Assembly: GCA_965250225.1 (NCBI GenBank)
Contig: CBDFNQ010000035.1
Span: 1,641 to 65,640, forward strand
Source: Gammaproteobacteria bacterium
GTDB lineage: Bacteria > Pseudomonadota > Gammaproteobacteria > Eutrophobiales > Eutrophobiaceae
Length of the DNA: 64,000 nt
Reading direction: 5' to 3'
Part shown: positions 26,010 to 35,267 of the stretch, one piece after another
How positions within the stretch are numbered: the stretch's first letter is position 1
Layout: every line of letters begins with the position of its first letter
Program-made: the position numbers and the translations under genes
The notes under the pieces: model-generated
Databases searched by the model: none
Told to the model about the DNA's origin: nothing
Seen by the model: only the letters and a program-made list of their open reading frames with translations

Positions 26010-26906
26010 ATGTGTGGAATCGTTGGACTCTTTATCAAACAACCCAAGCTTGAAAAAAAACTGGGATCACTTCTATCTACGATGCTCATTGAAATGACCG
26101 AGCGTGGACCCGATAGTGCTGGTATTGCAATTTATAGTGATGCTGCAGGTGAAGGCATGACCCGAATCACGGTGCTTTCAACCGATCCTGATTATTCATG
26201 GGAAAAATTAGGCAAAGAAACATGTGAAGTTTTTGGTGATACATCAAAAATTGATCTCAATAGTAATCATGCTGTGCTAACAGTACACGCAGATGCAAAA
26301 ACAGTACAAGGATGGTTGCATCACAATCATCCTGAGCTGTATATGACCAGTTCTGGTACCAATATCACGATATATAAAGAACAAGGTTTGCCGAAAGACG
26401 TCATAGAGCGATTTGATGTTAATAGTATGGTAGGAACTCATGCTTTAGGTCACACGCGTATGGCAACAGAAAGTGCAGTGACAACCTCTGCTTCTCACCC
26501 CTTCTCAACGGGTGAAGATCTTTGTCTGGTTCATAATGGATCACTTTGTAATCACAATCGTCTACGTCGTTCCTTGCAAAGAAACGGAGTTGAATTCCAG
26601 ACTGATAATGACAGTGAAGTGGCTGCCGGTTATTTAACCTGGAGATTGCAGGAAGGAGACACACTCGACGAGGCTCTGGAGGCCGGTTTCGAGGATCTGG
26701 ACGGTTTTTATACCTTTGCGGTTGGTACACATGATGGCTTTGCCGTTGTCAGAGATCCCATCGGTGCCAAACCTGCAATTTTGGCCGAAACGGATGACTG
26801 GGTCGCCATGTCTTCTGAATTTCGTGCCATCGCAACATTGCCAGGTGTAGAAAATGCACATATCTGGGAACCCGAACCAGCAACAATATACAGTTGGCAG
26901 AGGTAA
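26010..26906 (+). CDS. mgsA: N-methylglutamate synthase subunit A-like (class II / Ntn glutamine amidotransferase), set 1
   Basis: N-terminal MCGIVGL (Cys1 nucleophile) and HTRMATES. It is in operon with the GXGXG and FMN subunits. Confidence 0.75.
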   Translation: MCGIVGLFIKQPKLEKKLGSLLSTMLIEMTERGPDSAGIAIYSDAAGEGMTRITVLSTDPDYSWEKLGKETCEVFGDTSKIDLNSNHAVLTVHADAKTVQGWLHHNHPELYMTSSGTNITIYKEQGLPKDVIERFDVNSMVGTHALGHTRMATESAVTTSASHPFSTGEDLCLVHNGSLCNHNRLRRSLQRNGVEFQTDNDSEVAAGYLTWRLQEGDTLDEALEAGFEDLDGFYTFAVGTHDGFAVVRDPIGAKPAILAETDDWVAMSSEFRAIATLPGVENAHIWEPEPATIYSWQR

Positions 26907-26912
26907 TAAATC

Positions 26913-27155
26913 ATGAATAATCTAAGTTTAGCTCATACGAATATGGAAAAAACCGGCTCTAAGATCTTCCCACTGACTGCACGAGAACGAGAAGTTCAGA
27001 GTCTACTTACCACTGGCAAGACAAACAAGATGATTGCCAAAGAACTGGGTATTTGTGAAGGAACTGTAAAAATTCACATCAAAAATTTAATGCGTAAATT
27101 AAATGCTTGTTCACGTCTTGAAGTTGCCCTTATGGCACTTGGAATCAGCATATAA
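26913..27155 (+). CDS. Stand-alone LuxR/GerE-type HTH protein (80 aa) inserted between mgsA and mgsB
   Basis: LTAREREVQSLLTTGKTNKMIAKELGICEGTVKIHIKNLMRKLNACSRLEVAL is a canonical GerE domain. There is no receiver or ligand domain. Confidence 0.7.
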   Translation: MNNLSLAHTNMEKTGSKIFPLTAREREVQSLLTTGKTNKMIAKELGICEGTVKIHIKNLMRKLNACSRLEVALMALGISI

Positions 27156-27182
27156 ACACAATCAATCTGAGGTCGAAAAATA

Positions 27183-27869
27183 ATGAATGTAACTGATCTG
27201 GATAAGTCTGAAATAAGGGAACTCAATTCAATGCTACATAGCATTGATGGAAAGAGTGGTGATACCAGTTTCCAAGTGATCAATCCAAAAGGTAAACACA
27301 ACATCGCCGTTGGGGTTGATGCGGAAGTAGACATAACCATCGATGGACATGCGGGACATTATGTTGGTGGCATGAACAAGCATGCGAGCATTACCGTTAC
27401 AGGTAATGCAGGTGCAGGTCTTGCTGAAAACATCATGTCTGGGGTCGTCAGAGTAAAAGGCAATTCTTCACAATACACAGGTGCTACCGGTCGAGGTGGG
27501 CTTATCGTTGTTGAAGGTGATGCTGCTGCGCGTTGTGGTATATCCATGAAAGGTGTTGATATCGTTGTCGGTGGTTCTGTAGGACATATGTGTGCCTTTC
27601 TGGGTCAATCTGGAAATGTTGTAATCTGCGGTGATGCGGGTGATGCCTTGGGTGACTCGATCTTTGAGCTGAATATCTTTGTTCAGGGCAAGATCAAAAG
27701 CCTGGGTCACGACTGTGAAGAAAAGGAAATGGGTCCAGAGCAATTGGCAAAGCTTACCGAGCTTCTGGAAAAGGCGGAGATTAAGGCCGATCCAAAAAAA
27801 TTCAAAGTCTATGGCCCACAAAGAACTCTGTACAACTTTAAGATCGATAATGCTTGTTTGCCCGATTAG
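27183..27869 (+). CDS. mgsB: N-methylglutamate synthase subunit B-like (GltB C-terminal GXGXG beta-helix domain), set 1
   Basis: Repetitive Gly-rich beta-helix turns: GHAGHYVGGM, GNAGAGLAENIMSG, GDAAARCGISMKG and GDAGDALGDS. Confidence 0.75.
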   Translation: MNVTDLDKSEIRELNSMLHSIDGKSGDTSFQVINPKGKHNIAVGVDAEVDITIDGHAGHYVGGMNKHASITVTGNAGAGLAENIMSGVVRVKGNSSQYTGATGRGGLIVVEGDAAARCGISMKGVDIVVGGSVGHMCAFLGQSGNVVICGDAGDALGDSIFELNIFVQGKIKSLGHDCEEKEMGPEQLAKLTELLEKAEIKADPKKFKVYGPQRTLYNFKIDNACLPD

Positions 27870-27916
27870 CAAATAGTTATAGCCATCTAAATATATACTG
27901 TCTGAGGTAATAAAAA

Positions 27917-29245
27917 ATGAGTAAACAAAATCAAGAGCCAGAATTACAGGAATCTTATATCTGGAATAAACAGACTATCCAGGAGATTCAACGCGCGGCA
28001 ACGGAAGGGATCTATAGCATTCGCGGCGGTGGCGCAAAGCGAAAACTACCGCATTTTGATGATTTGTTATTCCTCGGTTCCAGCATGTCTCGTTACCCTC
28101 TCGAGGGCTATCGTGAGAAATGTGAAACCAATGTAACGCTGGGCACCCGCTTTGCGAAAAAACCATTGCACCTGGATATACCAATTACGATCGCCGGTAT
28201 GAGTTTTGGTGCTTTGTCTGCCCAGGCAAAAGATGCGCTTGGCAAAGGTGCCGCTGCCATGGGTACCACGACCACCACAGGTGATGGTGGTATGACACAG
28301 GAAGAGCGGGCATCGTCCAAGACACTGGTCTATCAGATGTTACCGTCACGCTATGGCATGAACCCGGATGATCTGCGAAAAGCCGATGCTATTGAGGTGG
28401 TTTGTGGACAGGGTGCTAAACCAGGCGGAGGTGGTATGTTGCTTGGCCAAAAAATTAGCGACCGTGTTGCGCAAATGCGTACCTTGCCGAAAGGTATTGA
28501 TCAACGTAGTGCTTGTCGTCATCCTGACTGGACCGGACCAGATGATCTGGAAATAAAAATTAATGAAATTCGTGAAATTACAGACCATGAAAAACCGATT
28601 TATATCAAGGTGGGTGCAACGCGTACCCGTTATGATGTTCAATTGGCCGTAAAGGCGGGTGCTGACGTGATTGTTGTTGACGGTATGCAAGGTGGTACTG
28701 CGGCTACTCAGGATGTGTTTATTGAACATGTAGGAATTCCTACTCTGCCTGCGGTACGAATTGCAGTCGAGGCTTTGCAGGAAATGGATATGCATCGTAA
28801 GGTTCAGCTGATTGTATCCGGTGGTATTCGTAATGGCGCTGACGTGGCTAAATGTATGGCACTGGGTGCTGATGCTGTTGCTATCGGTATGGCGGCACTG
28901 TATGCGTTGGGTTGTAATTCGCCGAAATATGATGCGGAATATCGCAAATTGGGTTCAGCGGCGGGCTATTACGACGCCTATCACATCGGTAAATGTCCAG
29001 CAGGTATTTCGACTCAGGATCCTGAGTTAGCTAAACGATTCGATCCTGAACTCGGTGGTCGACGTGTTAAAAATCTGTTGCAAACTATGGTACTGGAAGC
29101 TCAAACACTGGCACGTGCCTGTGGTAAGTCACACCTACACAATCTTGAGCCGGAAGATTTGGTGGCATTGACACTTGAAGCTGCTGCTATGGCAAAAGTA
29201 CCTTTGGCTGGTACCGACTGGTATCCAGGTAAAGGATCGTTTTAA
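27917..29245 (+). CDS. mgsC: N-methylglutamate synthase subunit C-like (GltB FMN domain), set 1
   Basis: IAGMSFGALS, GQGAKPGGGG, DGMQGGTAAT and SGGIRNGADVAKCMALGADAV are glutamate-synthase FMN-barrel motifs. Confidence 0.85.
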   Translation: MSKQNQEPELQESYIWNKQTIQEIQRAATEGIYSIRGGGAKRKLPHFDDLLFLGSSMSRYPLEGYREKCETNVTLGTRFAKKPLHLDIPITIAGMSFGALSAQAKDALGKGAAAMGTTTTTGDGGMTQEERASSKTLVYQMLPSRYGMNPDDLRKADAIEVVCGQGAKPGGGGMLLGQKISDRVAQMRTLPKGIDQRSACRHPDWTGPDDLEIKINEIREITDHEKPIYIKVGATRTRYDVQLAVKAGADVIVVDGMQGGTAATQDVFIEHVGIPTLPAVRIAVEALQEMDMHRKVQLIVSGGIRNGADVAKCMALGADAVAIGMAALYALGCNSPKYDAEYRKLGSAAGYYDAYHIGKCPAGISTQDPELAKRFDPELGGRRVKNLLQTMVLEAQTLARACGKSHLHNLEPEDLVALTLEAAAMAKVPLAGTDWYPGKGSF

Positions 29246-29300
29246 GCAATTTGAGAGCTGAAAATAGCTAGATAACTAACAAACGCAAATAAAATATAAT

Positions 29301-29323
29301 TTATTGATACACATGATCAATAA
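29301..29323. promoter_or_regulatory. Inverted repeat TTATTGAT-N7-ATCAATAA upstream of the gmaS pseudogene
   Basis: Perfect 8-bp arms read directly from the sequence. Function unknown. Confidence 0.3.
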
Positions 29324-29347
29324 AAAATATTAAAGAGGAGAGGAACA

Positions 29348-30659
29348 ATGGCCACAGATTTAGCAAAAGTTGCAAAAGACAAAGGTTTAAAATATTTCCT
29401 GATCAGTTTTGTTGATCTGTTCGGTGTTCTGCGCTCCAAGTTGGTACCGGTTCGTGCGATTAAAGGTATGCAAAAAAATGGTGCCGGTTTTGCCGGTTTT
29501 GCCACCTGGTTGGATTTGACCCCGGCTGATGCAGACATGTTTGCCATTCCAGATCCGGACAGCCTTATTATTATGCCGTGGCAGCGAGATGTGGGCTGGC
29601 TTGCCAGTGACCCTGTACATGGACGGTAAAGAAATCGCTGCTTCTCCCCGTGTTGCTCTGAAGCAGCAGCTCAAAAAAGCGGCCAAAATGGGGTATACCT
29701 TCAAAACCGGTGTTGAAGGTGAGTTTCACCTTATCAAAGAGGATGGTTCAGATATTTATGACGAACGCGATATTATGGAAAAGCCCTGCTATGACCAGAG
29801 CGCCCTGATGCGTCGTTATAATGTGATCTCGGAAATTTGTGACGCTATGATCGAGCTTGACTGGGGTGCTTACCAGAACGACCACGAAGACGCCAATGGT
29901 CAGTGGGAAATGAACTGGGAATATGATCATGTTCTGAAAACCTGCGACCGTCACGTTTTCTTCAAATACATGGTGAAATACGTTGCTGAGAAACACGGAC
30001 TGCGTGCTACCTTCATGCCTAAGCCGTTTATGAACCTGACCGGAAACGGTTGCCACATCAACGCTTCCCTGTGGGATAAAACAGGGTAAAAAGAATATGT
30101 TCATGGATCCGAAAGGTGAACTGGGCCTGAGCAAACTTGCCTACCATTTCCTTGGCGGCGTGATCAAGAACGTTGATGCTTTGGACCTCCTTCTTCAATC
30201 CGACCCGTAAACAGCTACAAGCGCATTAACGCTCCGCGTACTGTTTCCGGTGCAACCTGGGCACCGAACACTATTACCTGGGGCGGTAACAACCGTACTA
30301 ACATGGTTCGTATCCCGGAAGGTAACCGTATCGAATTCCGTCTTGCTGATGGTGCGATGAATCCGTATCTGGCTCCGGCTGCTCTGTTGGCCTGTGGTCT
30401 GCAGGGTGTTAAGGGGAAGGTTGATCCAGGTAAGCGTTGTGATCTGGATATGTATGCCGAAGGTGACAAGGTTCGTGGCGCCAAGAAGCTACCGTTGAAC
30501 CTGCTGGACGCTCTCCGTTTGACCGAGAAGAGCAAATTTGTTCGTGAAGCCATGGGCGATGAACTCATCGATGCCTACACCAAATTGAAAAATGTTGAAT
30601 GGAACCAGTACTGTCATCATCTCACCCAATGGGAAAGAGATAATACGTTGGACTGTTAG
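29348..30659 (+). pseudogene. gmaS: Gamma-glutamylmethylamide synthetase (type III GS-like) disrupted by four +1 frameshifts
   Basis: Homologous GS sequence continues across frames: ...DVGWLASD | LYMDGKE...LWDKTG | KKNMFMDPKGE...VIKNVDA | WTSFFNPT | VNSYKRINAPRTVSGATW...MVRIPEGNRIEFR. The shifts sit at homopolymer triplets CCC 29611-29613, GGG 30084-30086, TTT 30180-30182 and CCC 30204-30206. Confidence 0.8.
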
Positions 30660-30978
30660 TCAAGTGCAGGGTTTGAGGTCAGAAATATTAACCTCCTCAC
30701 TGGGCTTTAAACCACATATATAAGTAGTACACTGACCCGTACCGTTTCAGGTGCTGGAATAGTTTTATATAATTCCCGCACATTGCTGTGGGAATTATTG
30801 ATCGACGAGGCACGACCATATCTAAGAGGTATATCTTTCGAGTAATGTTGTTGTCGTTCGCGACTAGGTACTATTATACGCTGCGGTTTAGCCGATGAAA
30901 AAATTTTGGCATTTATTTTTTTCAGTCAGCTGATTATTTTTGATAACGAACAATTTATAGATTAACTGGAGAAATTCA

Positions 30979-32082
30979 ATGGCTCAATTCAAACGACCTG
31001 ATTCACCACTGGCCTCACGTCACGCCGAGTTGGGCTCTGCACTGGAAGATTGGAATGGCGTAGGCACTGCCTGGAGTTATAACTCTGATCCGTGCGTCGA
31101 GCATGACTTCTATCGTGAAAAAGCCACGTTGACCGATGTTTCTGGTCTGAAAAAACTCTGGGTGCGTGGTCCTGATGCTTCTGAAGTAGTTCATTACACC
31201 TGTAGTCGTGAAATTGGCAATGTTGGTACTGACAAATGTGCCTACACACTGGTTCTAACCGATGATGGCACCGTGACTGATGATGCTATTGTTTACAACA
31301 TGGGCGACAAAGGCTGGTTATTTGTACACGGTGGCGGCGAAGCACATGAAATGTTACAGGAATCTGCCAAGGGCAAAGATTGCACCATTGAACTGGACGA
31401 CAGTATTAACGATATCTCTCTACAGGGTCCTGCCGCGATGGGGATTCTAAATCCAATGGTTGACGTTGACCTGGAGCCTATGGGTGTCTTTGGTCAGACT
31501 GAGGCCACAATGTTGGGTCATGATGTCATCATCTCTCGTACAGGTTTTTCAGGTGAGCGTGGTTATGAAGTTTATTCTGCTGGCGAACATATTGGTGAAA
31601 TTTGGGATGCCATTCTTGAAGCTGGAGGCGATCAAGTCATGCCTGCATCCTTCGCCTCTCTGGACAAAGTCCGTCTGGAATTCGGTCTTCTATTCTATCC
31701 ATACGACATGAATGAAAGCACAACACCTTGGGAGATTGGTTTGCCCTGGTGTGTTGCCAAAGAGAAAGATTTCCGTGGCAGAGATGCGGTGATGGCAAAA
31801 AAAGGACAGGAAAAAATCAAGCTGGTTGGTATCACTGCTGATCTTGACGATATGATGCCTGAAGGCGGTAAGCTGTATAACAATGGGGAGGAAGTCGGTG
31901 TTATCAATAGTGTAGGTCACTCACACCGTATGAAGAAAGCTATCTCTTTAGCACATGTTCCCCCAGGTTTGCATGAGCCAGGTACTGAGCTGGAAGGTAA
32001 AGGCGAGGATGGTTCCAGTTTTACCGTTACAGTGACGGCAATGCCAATGTACGATCCTCAGAAGAAGGCAATGCGCAGCTAG
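30979..32082 (+). CDS. dmmD: GcvT-like tetrahydrofolate-binding subunit of dimethylamine monooxygenase / heme-dependent oxidative N-demethylase
   Basis: Aminomethyltransferase fold (ISRTGFSGERGYEVY, LEFGLLFYPYDM) plus synteny with the three following genes. Confidence 0.7.
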   Translation: MAQFKRPDSPLASRHAELGSALEDWNGVGTAWSYNSDPCVEHDFYREKATLTDVSGLKKLWVRGPDASEVVHYTCSREIGNVGTDKCAYTLVLTDDGTVTDDAIVYNMGDKGWLFVHGGGEAHEMLQESAKGKDCTIELDDSINDISLQGPAAMGILNPMVDVDLEPMGVFGQTEATMLGHDVIISRTGFSGERGYEVYSAGEHIGEIWDAILEAGGDQVMPASFASLDKVRLEFGLLFYPYDMNESTTPWEIGLPWCVAKEKDFRGRDAVMAKKGQEKIKLVGITADLDDMMPEGGKLYNNGEEVGVINSVGHSHRMKKAISLAHVPPGLHEPGTELEGKGEDGSSFTVTVTAMPMYDPQKKAMRS

Positions 32083-32120
32083 CCTGCAGGTCACTTTTTT
32101 TTTAAGAGGTAGAACAGAAA

Positions 32121-32732
32121 ATGACTGAGGCAAGTTCGGGGATACGAAGCAAACCCCAATACACCAAACTCCAGCATGATCCATTGACTCGTTGGAACCT
32201 GTTGATCGGAGAAGGCGATGGTCTGATAGGTATAATAAACCTGTTAAATAACAGTACAACTATCAAGCCTTCTGTGACTACCTTTTTGTACACTGGCACA
32301 GATGTAGAGAAGGCTTACGCACAGGCATACTTTACGGCTGACCGTTGTGCAAAAGTAAGTCGTCACGAGGATATAGATGCTTTGCTAAAAGCATTGCCCG
32401 AGGTTCTGGAAAATAGTTTTATGGGAACTCGTATCTATATGAGTGGTTCCGAAGCATTTTTGTGGAAGGTGAAAAATCTTGCTCACCAATGTGGGATGCA
32501 TAAAAGTGAGATGGACATGGAGCTTAATGGCTCACTCGCCCGAAGAGTTTACTGCCCACATTGCGAAACCATGAACGAAGGCGTGACCACCGATATTGAT
32601 GAGTGCGCCGGTTGTGGTCTTGCTCTGGTTAATGTTGATCATTTCTCGCGGAATATGGGAGCCTATCTGGGATTTCGTGTGGATGCAGAAAACCCAGGCG
32701 TGATACCCGAGCGCAAGGAGTTATATAAATGA
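32121..32732 (+). CDS. dmmA: Small tetra-Cys (zinc-ribbon) subunit of dimethylamine monooxygenase
   Basis: The C-terminal CPHCET...CAGCG pairs, the size, and the position between the THF-binding and reductase subunits. Confidence 0.6.
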   Translation: MTEASSGIRSKPQYTKLQHDPLTRWNLLIGEGDGLIGIINLLNNSTTIKPSVTTFLYTGTDVEKAYAQAYFTADRCAKVSRHEDIDALLKALPEVLENSFMGTRIYMSGSEAFLWKVKNLAHQCGMHKSEMDMELNGSLARRVYCPHCETMNEGVTTDIDECAGCGLALVNVDHFSRNMGAYLGFRVDAENPGVIPERKELYK

Positions 32733-33685
32733 CCTCGATGTTCTCAATGCCGGTAACGGTAACCAGCGTTGAACAACTGACACCGTTGATTAAAGGCTTT
32801 ACCTTTGAGCGTACGGATGGTTCCGCCTTCAGTCCTTTCTCAGCAGGCAGTCACGTGGTTGTCAGTATGGGTGAAGATAGTGACAGTCATAAGAATCCTT
32901 ATTCTCTGGTGCGCAACTCTGCTGACTTTAAGCAGTATCAGATTGCAGTACGACGCGAAGCTAACGGCCGCGGTGGTTCAGCCTTTATGCATGACGTAGT
33001 CAAAGTGGGTTCACAACTGGAAATAGGTAACCCTTTTAATCTTTTCCCTGTGCATTGGTTGGCTCGCAAGCATTTGTTTGTTACAGGCGGCGTGGGTATT
33101 ACTCCTTTTGTCGCTTACATTCGCGATATGAAGATGACCCATTCGAACTTCGAGTTGCATTACGCAATTCGTAGTGAGAAACACGGCGCTTTTGTGGAAG
33201 AACTGCAGAAGGAAAATCCGGGTAAGGTTTTCATCTATGATCAAAGTAAAGATGGCATTCTCGATCTGAATAAATTACTCAGTAAGCAACCTCTTGGAAC
33301 ACACGTCTATACCTGCGGTCCTCATCGAATGGTGGAAGATGTTTTGCGCATTGCACAGAGTCACGGTTGGCCAGAATCTGCCATACACAGTGAAGAGTTT
33401 AAAGCACCTGATTCTGGTGATCCTTTCACAGTGAAATTAGCGCGGTCACATCGTGAAGTTTATGTCAGCGAGCGAGAAAGCTTGTTGGAAGCACTCGAAC
33501 ACGCGGGTGTAGAAATTCCGTATTCCTGTCGCGGTGGTGCCTGTGGTTTTTGTAAAACCGATGTTGTTTCAGGCACACCAGTGCATCGAGATTATTATCT
33601 CTCCGATGAAGAAAAGGCAGCAAACAATTGCATAATGCCCTGTATCTCACGGGCGAAAGACGACAACCTGGTGCTAGATCTTTAG
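32729..33685 (+). CDS. dmmB: Phthalate-dioxygenase-reductase-like FMN / NAD(P)H / 2Fe-2S reductase subunit
   Basis: NPYSLV (flavin motif), VTGGVGITPF (NAD-binding), and a C-terminal plant-type 2Fe-2S motif CRGGACGFCKT...C. It overlaps the upstream gene by 4 nt. Confidence 0.8.
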   Translation: MTSMFSMPVTVTSVEQLTPLIKGFTFERTDGSAFSPFSAGSHVVVSMGEDSDSHKNPYSLVRNSADFKQYQIAVRREANGRGGSAFMHDVVKVGSQLEIGNPFNLFPVHWLARKHLFVTGGVGITPFVAYIRDMKMTHSNFELHYAIRSEKHGAFVEELQKENPGKVFIYDQSKDGILDLNKLLSKQPLGTHVYTCGPHRMVEDVLRIAQSHGWPESAIHSEEFKAPDSGDPFTVKLARSHREVYVSERESLLEALEHAGVEIPYSCRGGACGFCKTDVVSGTPVHRDYYLSDEEKAANNCIMPCISRAKDDNLVLDL

Positions 33686-33711
33686 GTAGCAGATTTTTAG
33701 GAGAACATGAA

Positions 33712-34719
33712 ATGAGTGTTGTAATGAAACCCGCAGAATCCTTTCGTGGCGATTTTACTTTTAAAAATAGCCCGGAGGCGCTTAAACGTTTCCCTTTCCC
33801 CTATCCTGAAGACATTTACATGTATAGCGTCAACATGGAAATGCATGATGGTGGTGAGCCGGGTTCTATCTACGAACATGCTTTTGATATAGATGAGCAT
33901 TACCTCTCTGAAATGAACGAGCGTAAATTGGTGTTGGAGAAAGATCCTCACCGTTATGCTTCTTTACCACACATGGAATTGCATGAGTGGGATGTATTTG
34001 AATTGATAATGACCTCAAATGCACGTGATTATCCTCAGCATTTCTCTCTGGAAAAAGACGGTGATAAATGGGTCTGGGAAAATCATCCATTAGGTATTAA
34101 AGACAGCTTTGTATTCGGAGATAAATCCACGATACCGTATTCTCCTCTGGAGTATATTGCACGCCAATGTCAGGGAGATATGATTGTGCTCGATCAGCGT
34201 GAAGAAAATCTGTTTGCAGATTCTCTTGTGGCGACCAGTGTCGCTGATTGGAGCGGGAATTTTGATGTTGGTATGTCCTTCAGTGAATGGCACGGTCCTG
34301 TGCCGTTGGCTCACGAGTTAGGAGTGTTTGATCGCGCATTAAAATATTTGTTGATGATTCGTCTGGGGCAACCGGTACGTCGTCTGAACTGGACCTTGAC
34401 CATCAATCCACGAATGGATAGCTCACCTGAGATGTATCATGAATGGGGTGTAGATCGTTCTTCTGTCACCCTTGAAAATGTCGGTAAATTGGTAAATCTA
34501 CGTGTTGAGTTACAGACTTTGTTTCGACTGCCACGTAGTAACGGTTTGCTTTTCAGTGTTCGTGGGTATCTTTGCCCGATGGAAGAGCTGTGTACCAATC
34601 CAGCATGGGCAAAGCGTCTTTATAGTGTGATGAAAAATCTTCATCCTGAGTTGGCTGAGTACAAAGGTATTGCACCTTACCGTAAAGAACTCGTGCAATG
34701 GTTATCACAGTACGCTTGA
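33712..34719 (+). CDS. dmmC: DUF3445-type heme subunit of dimethylamine monooxygenase / oxidative N-demethylase (start moved to the ATG after AGGAG)
   Basis: 335 aa following dmmB. The assignment rests on the conserved four-gene synteny and size. I cannot verify the heme ligand by eye. Confidence 0.65.
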   Translation: MSVVMKPAESFRGDFTFKNSPEALKRFPFPYPEDIYMYSVNMEMHDGGEPGSIYEHAFDIDEHYLSEMNERKLVLEKDPHRYASLPHMELHEWDVFELIMTSNARDYPQHFSLEKDGDKWVWENHPLGIKDSFVFGDKSTIPYSPLEYIARQCQGDMIVLDQREENLFADSLVATSVADWSGNFDVGMSFSEWHGPVPLAHELGVFDRALKYLLMIRLGQPVRRLNWTLTINPRMDSSPEMYHEWGVDRSSVTLENVGKLVNLRVELQTLFRLPRSNGLLFSVRGYLCPMEELCTNPAWAKRLYSVMKNLHPELAEYKGIAPYRKELVQWLSQYA

Positions 34720-34802
34720 GATTTTTATCATTTAGGAATTGAACGTTAAAGAGATTAAATATTTTTCGTTGACCAATAACTAACTTGAACACAGCAACGT
34801 CT

Positions 34803-35189
34803 ATGAATCAAACGCTATACGATCAAATTGGTAAAGATCGATTACAAGAATTAGTAACAACCTTCTACGATATTGTAGAAACTGATCCAAATGAAGGTGC
34901 GATTATCCATGCACTTCATTTAAAGGGTCATGGGATAAACCATTTGCGGATAGCACAACTTGAATTTCTGAGTGGCTTCTTTGGTGGGCCTAAATACTAT
35001 GTAGAAAGAACAGGTCATTCAGATATAAGAAAAATACACGCTCATGTGGAAATAGGCTTAGTAGAAAGGGATGCCTGGCTGGTTTGCATGGACAGGGCCA
35101 TAGACCAGGTTGGTTTTGAACCTGCATTGAAAGAGCGCATGATGGTCACTTTTACCCGCGCTGCTGAAATAAGTAGAAACCAGGATTAG
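34803..35189 (+). CDS. Group II truncated hemoglobin (trHbO/YjbI-like)
   Basis: LYDQIGKDRLQELVTTFYDIV, FGGPKYY, GH..IRKIHAHV and ERDAWLVCM match the trHbO pattern. The track start at 34785 is a TTG, so the ATG at 34803 is preferred. Confidence 0.7.
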   Translation: MNQTLYDQIGKDRLQELVTTFYDIVETDPNEGAIIHALHLKGHGINHLRIAQLEFLSGFFGGPKYYVERTGHSDIRKIHAHVEIGLVERDAWLVCMDRAIDQVGFEPALKERMMVTFTRAAEISRNQD

Positions 35190-35267
35190 CCGTTTACCAA
35201 CGAATGCCATTGATACAGCATATCTATAGCAAAGCCGCTACGATGGAAGTGTACCCCCTGAAAACGT

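Noticed and set aside
28346-28795. A 149-aa minus-strand ORF inside mgsC (set 1). Similar cases are 27468-27872 inside mgsB and 42469-42933 (154 aa) inside the GS-like gene.
   Set aside because: All are antisense shadows of strongly supported plus-strand genes, with no RBS or recognisable domains.
29529-30659. Programmed ribosomal frameshifting as an explanation for the split gmaS
   Set aside because: Four separate +1 shifts are needed, and none has a slippery heptamer or stimulatory structure. Pseudogenisation or a homopolymer consensus error is far more likely.
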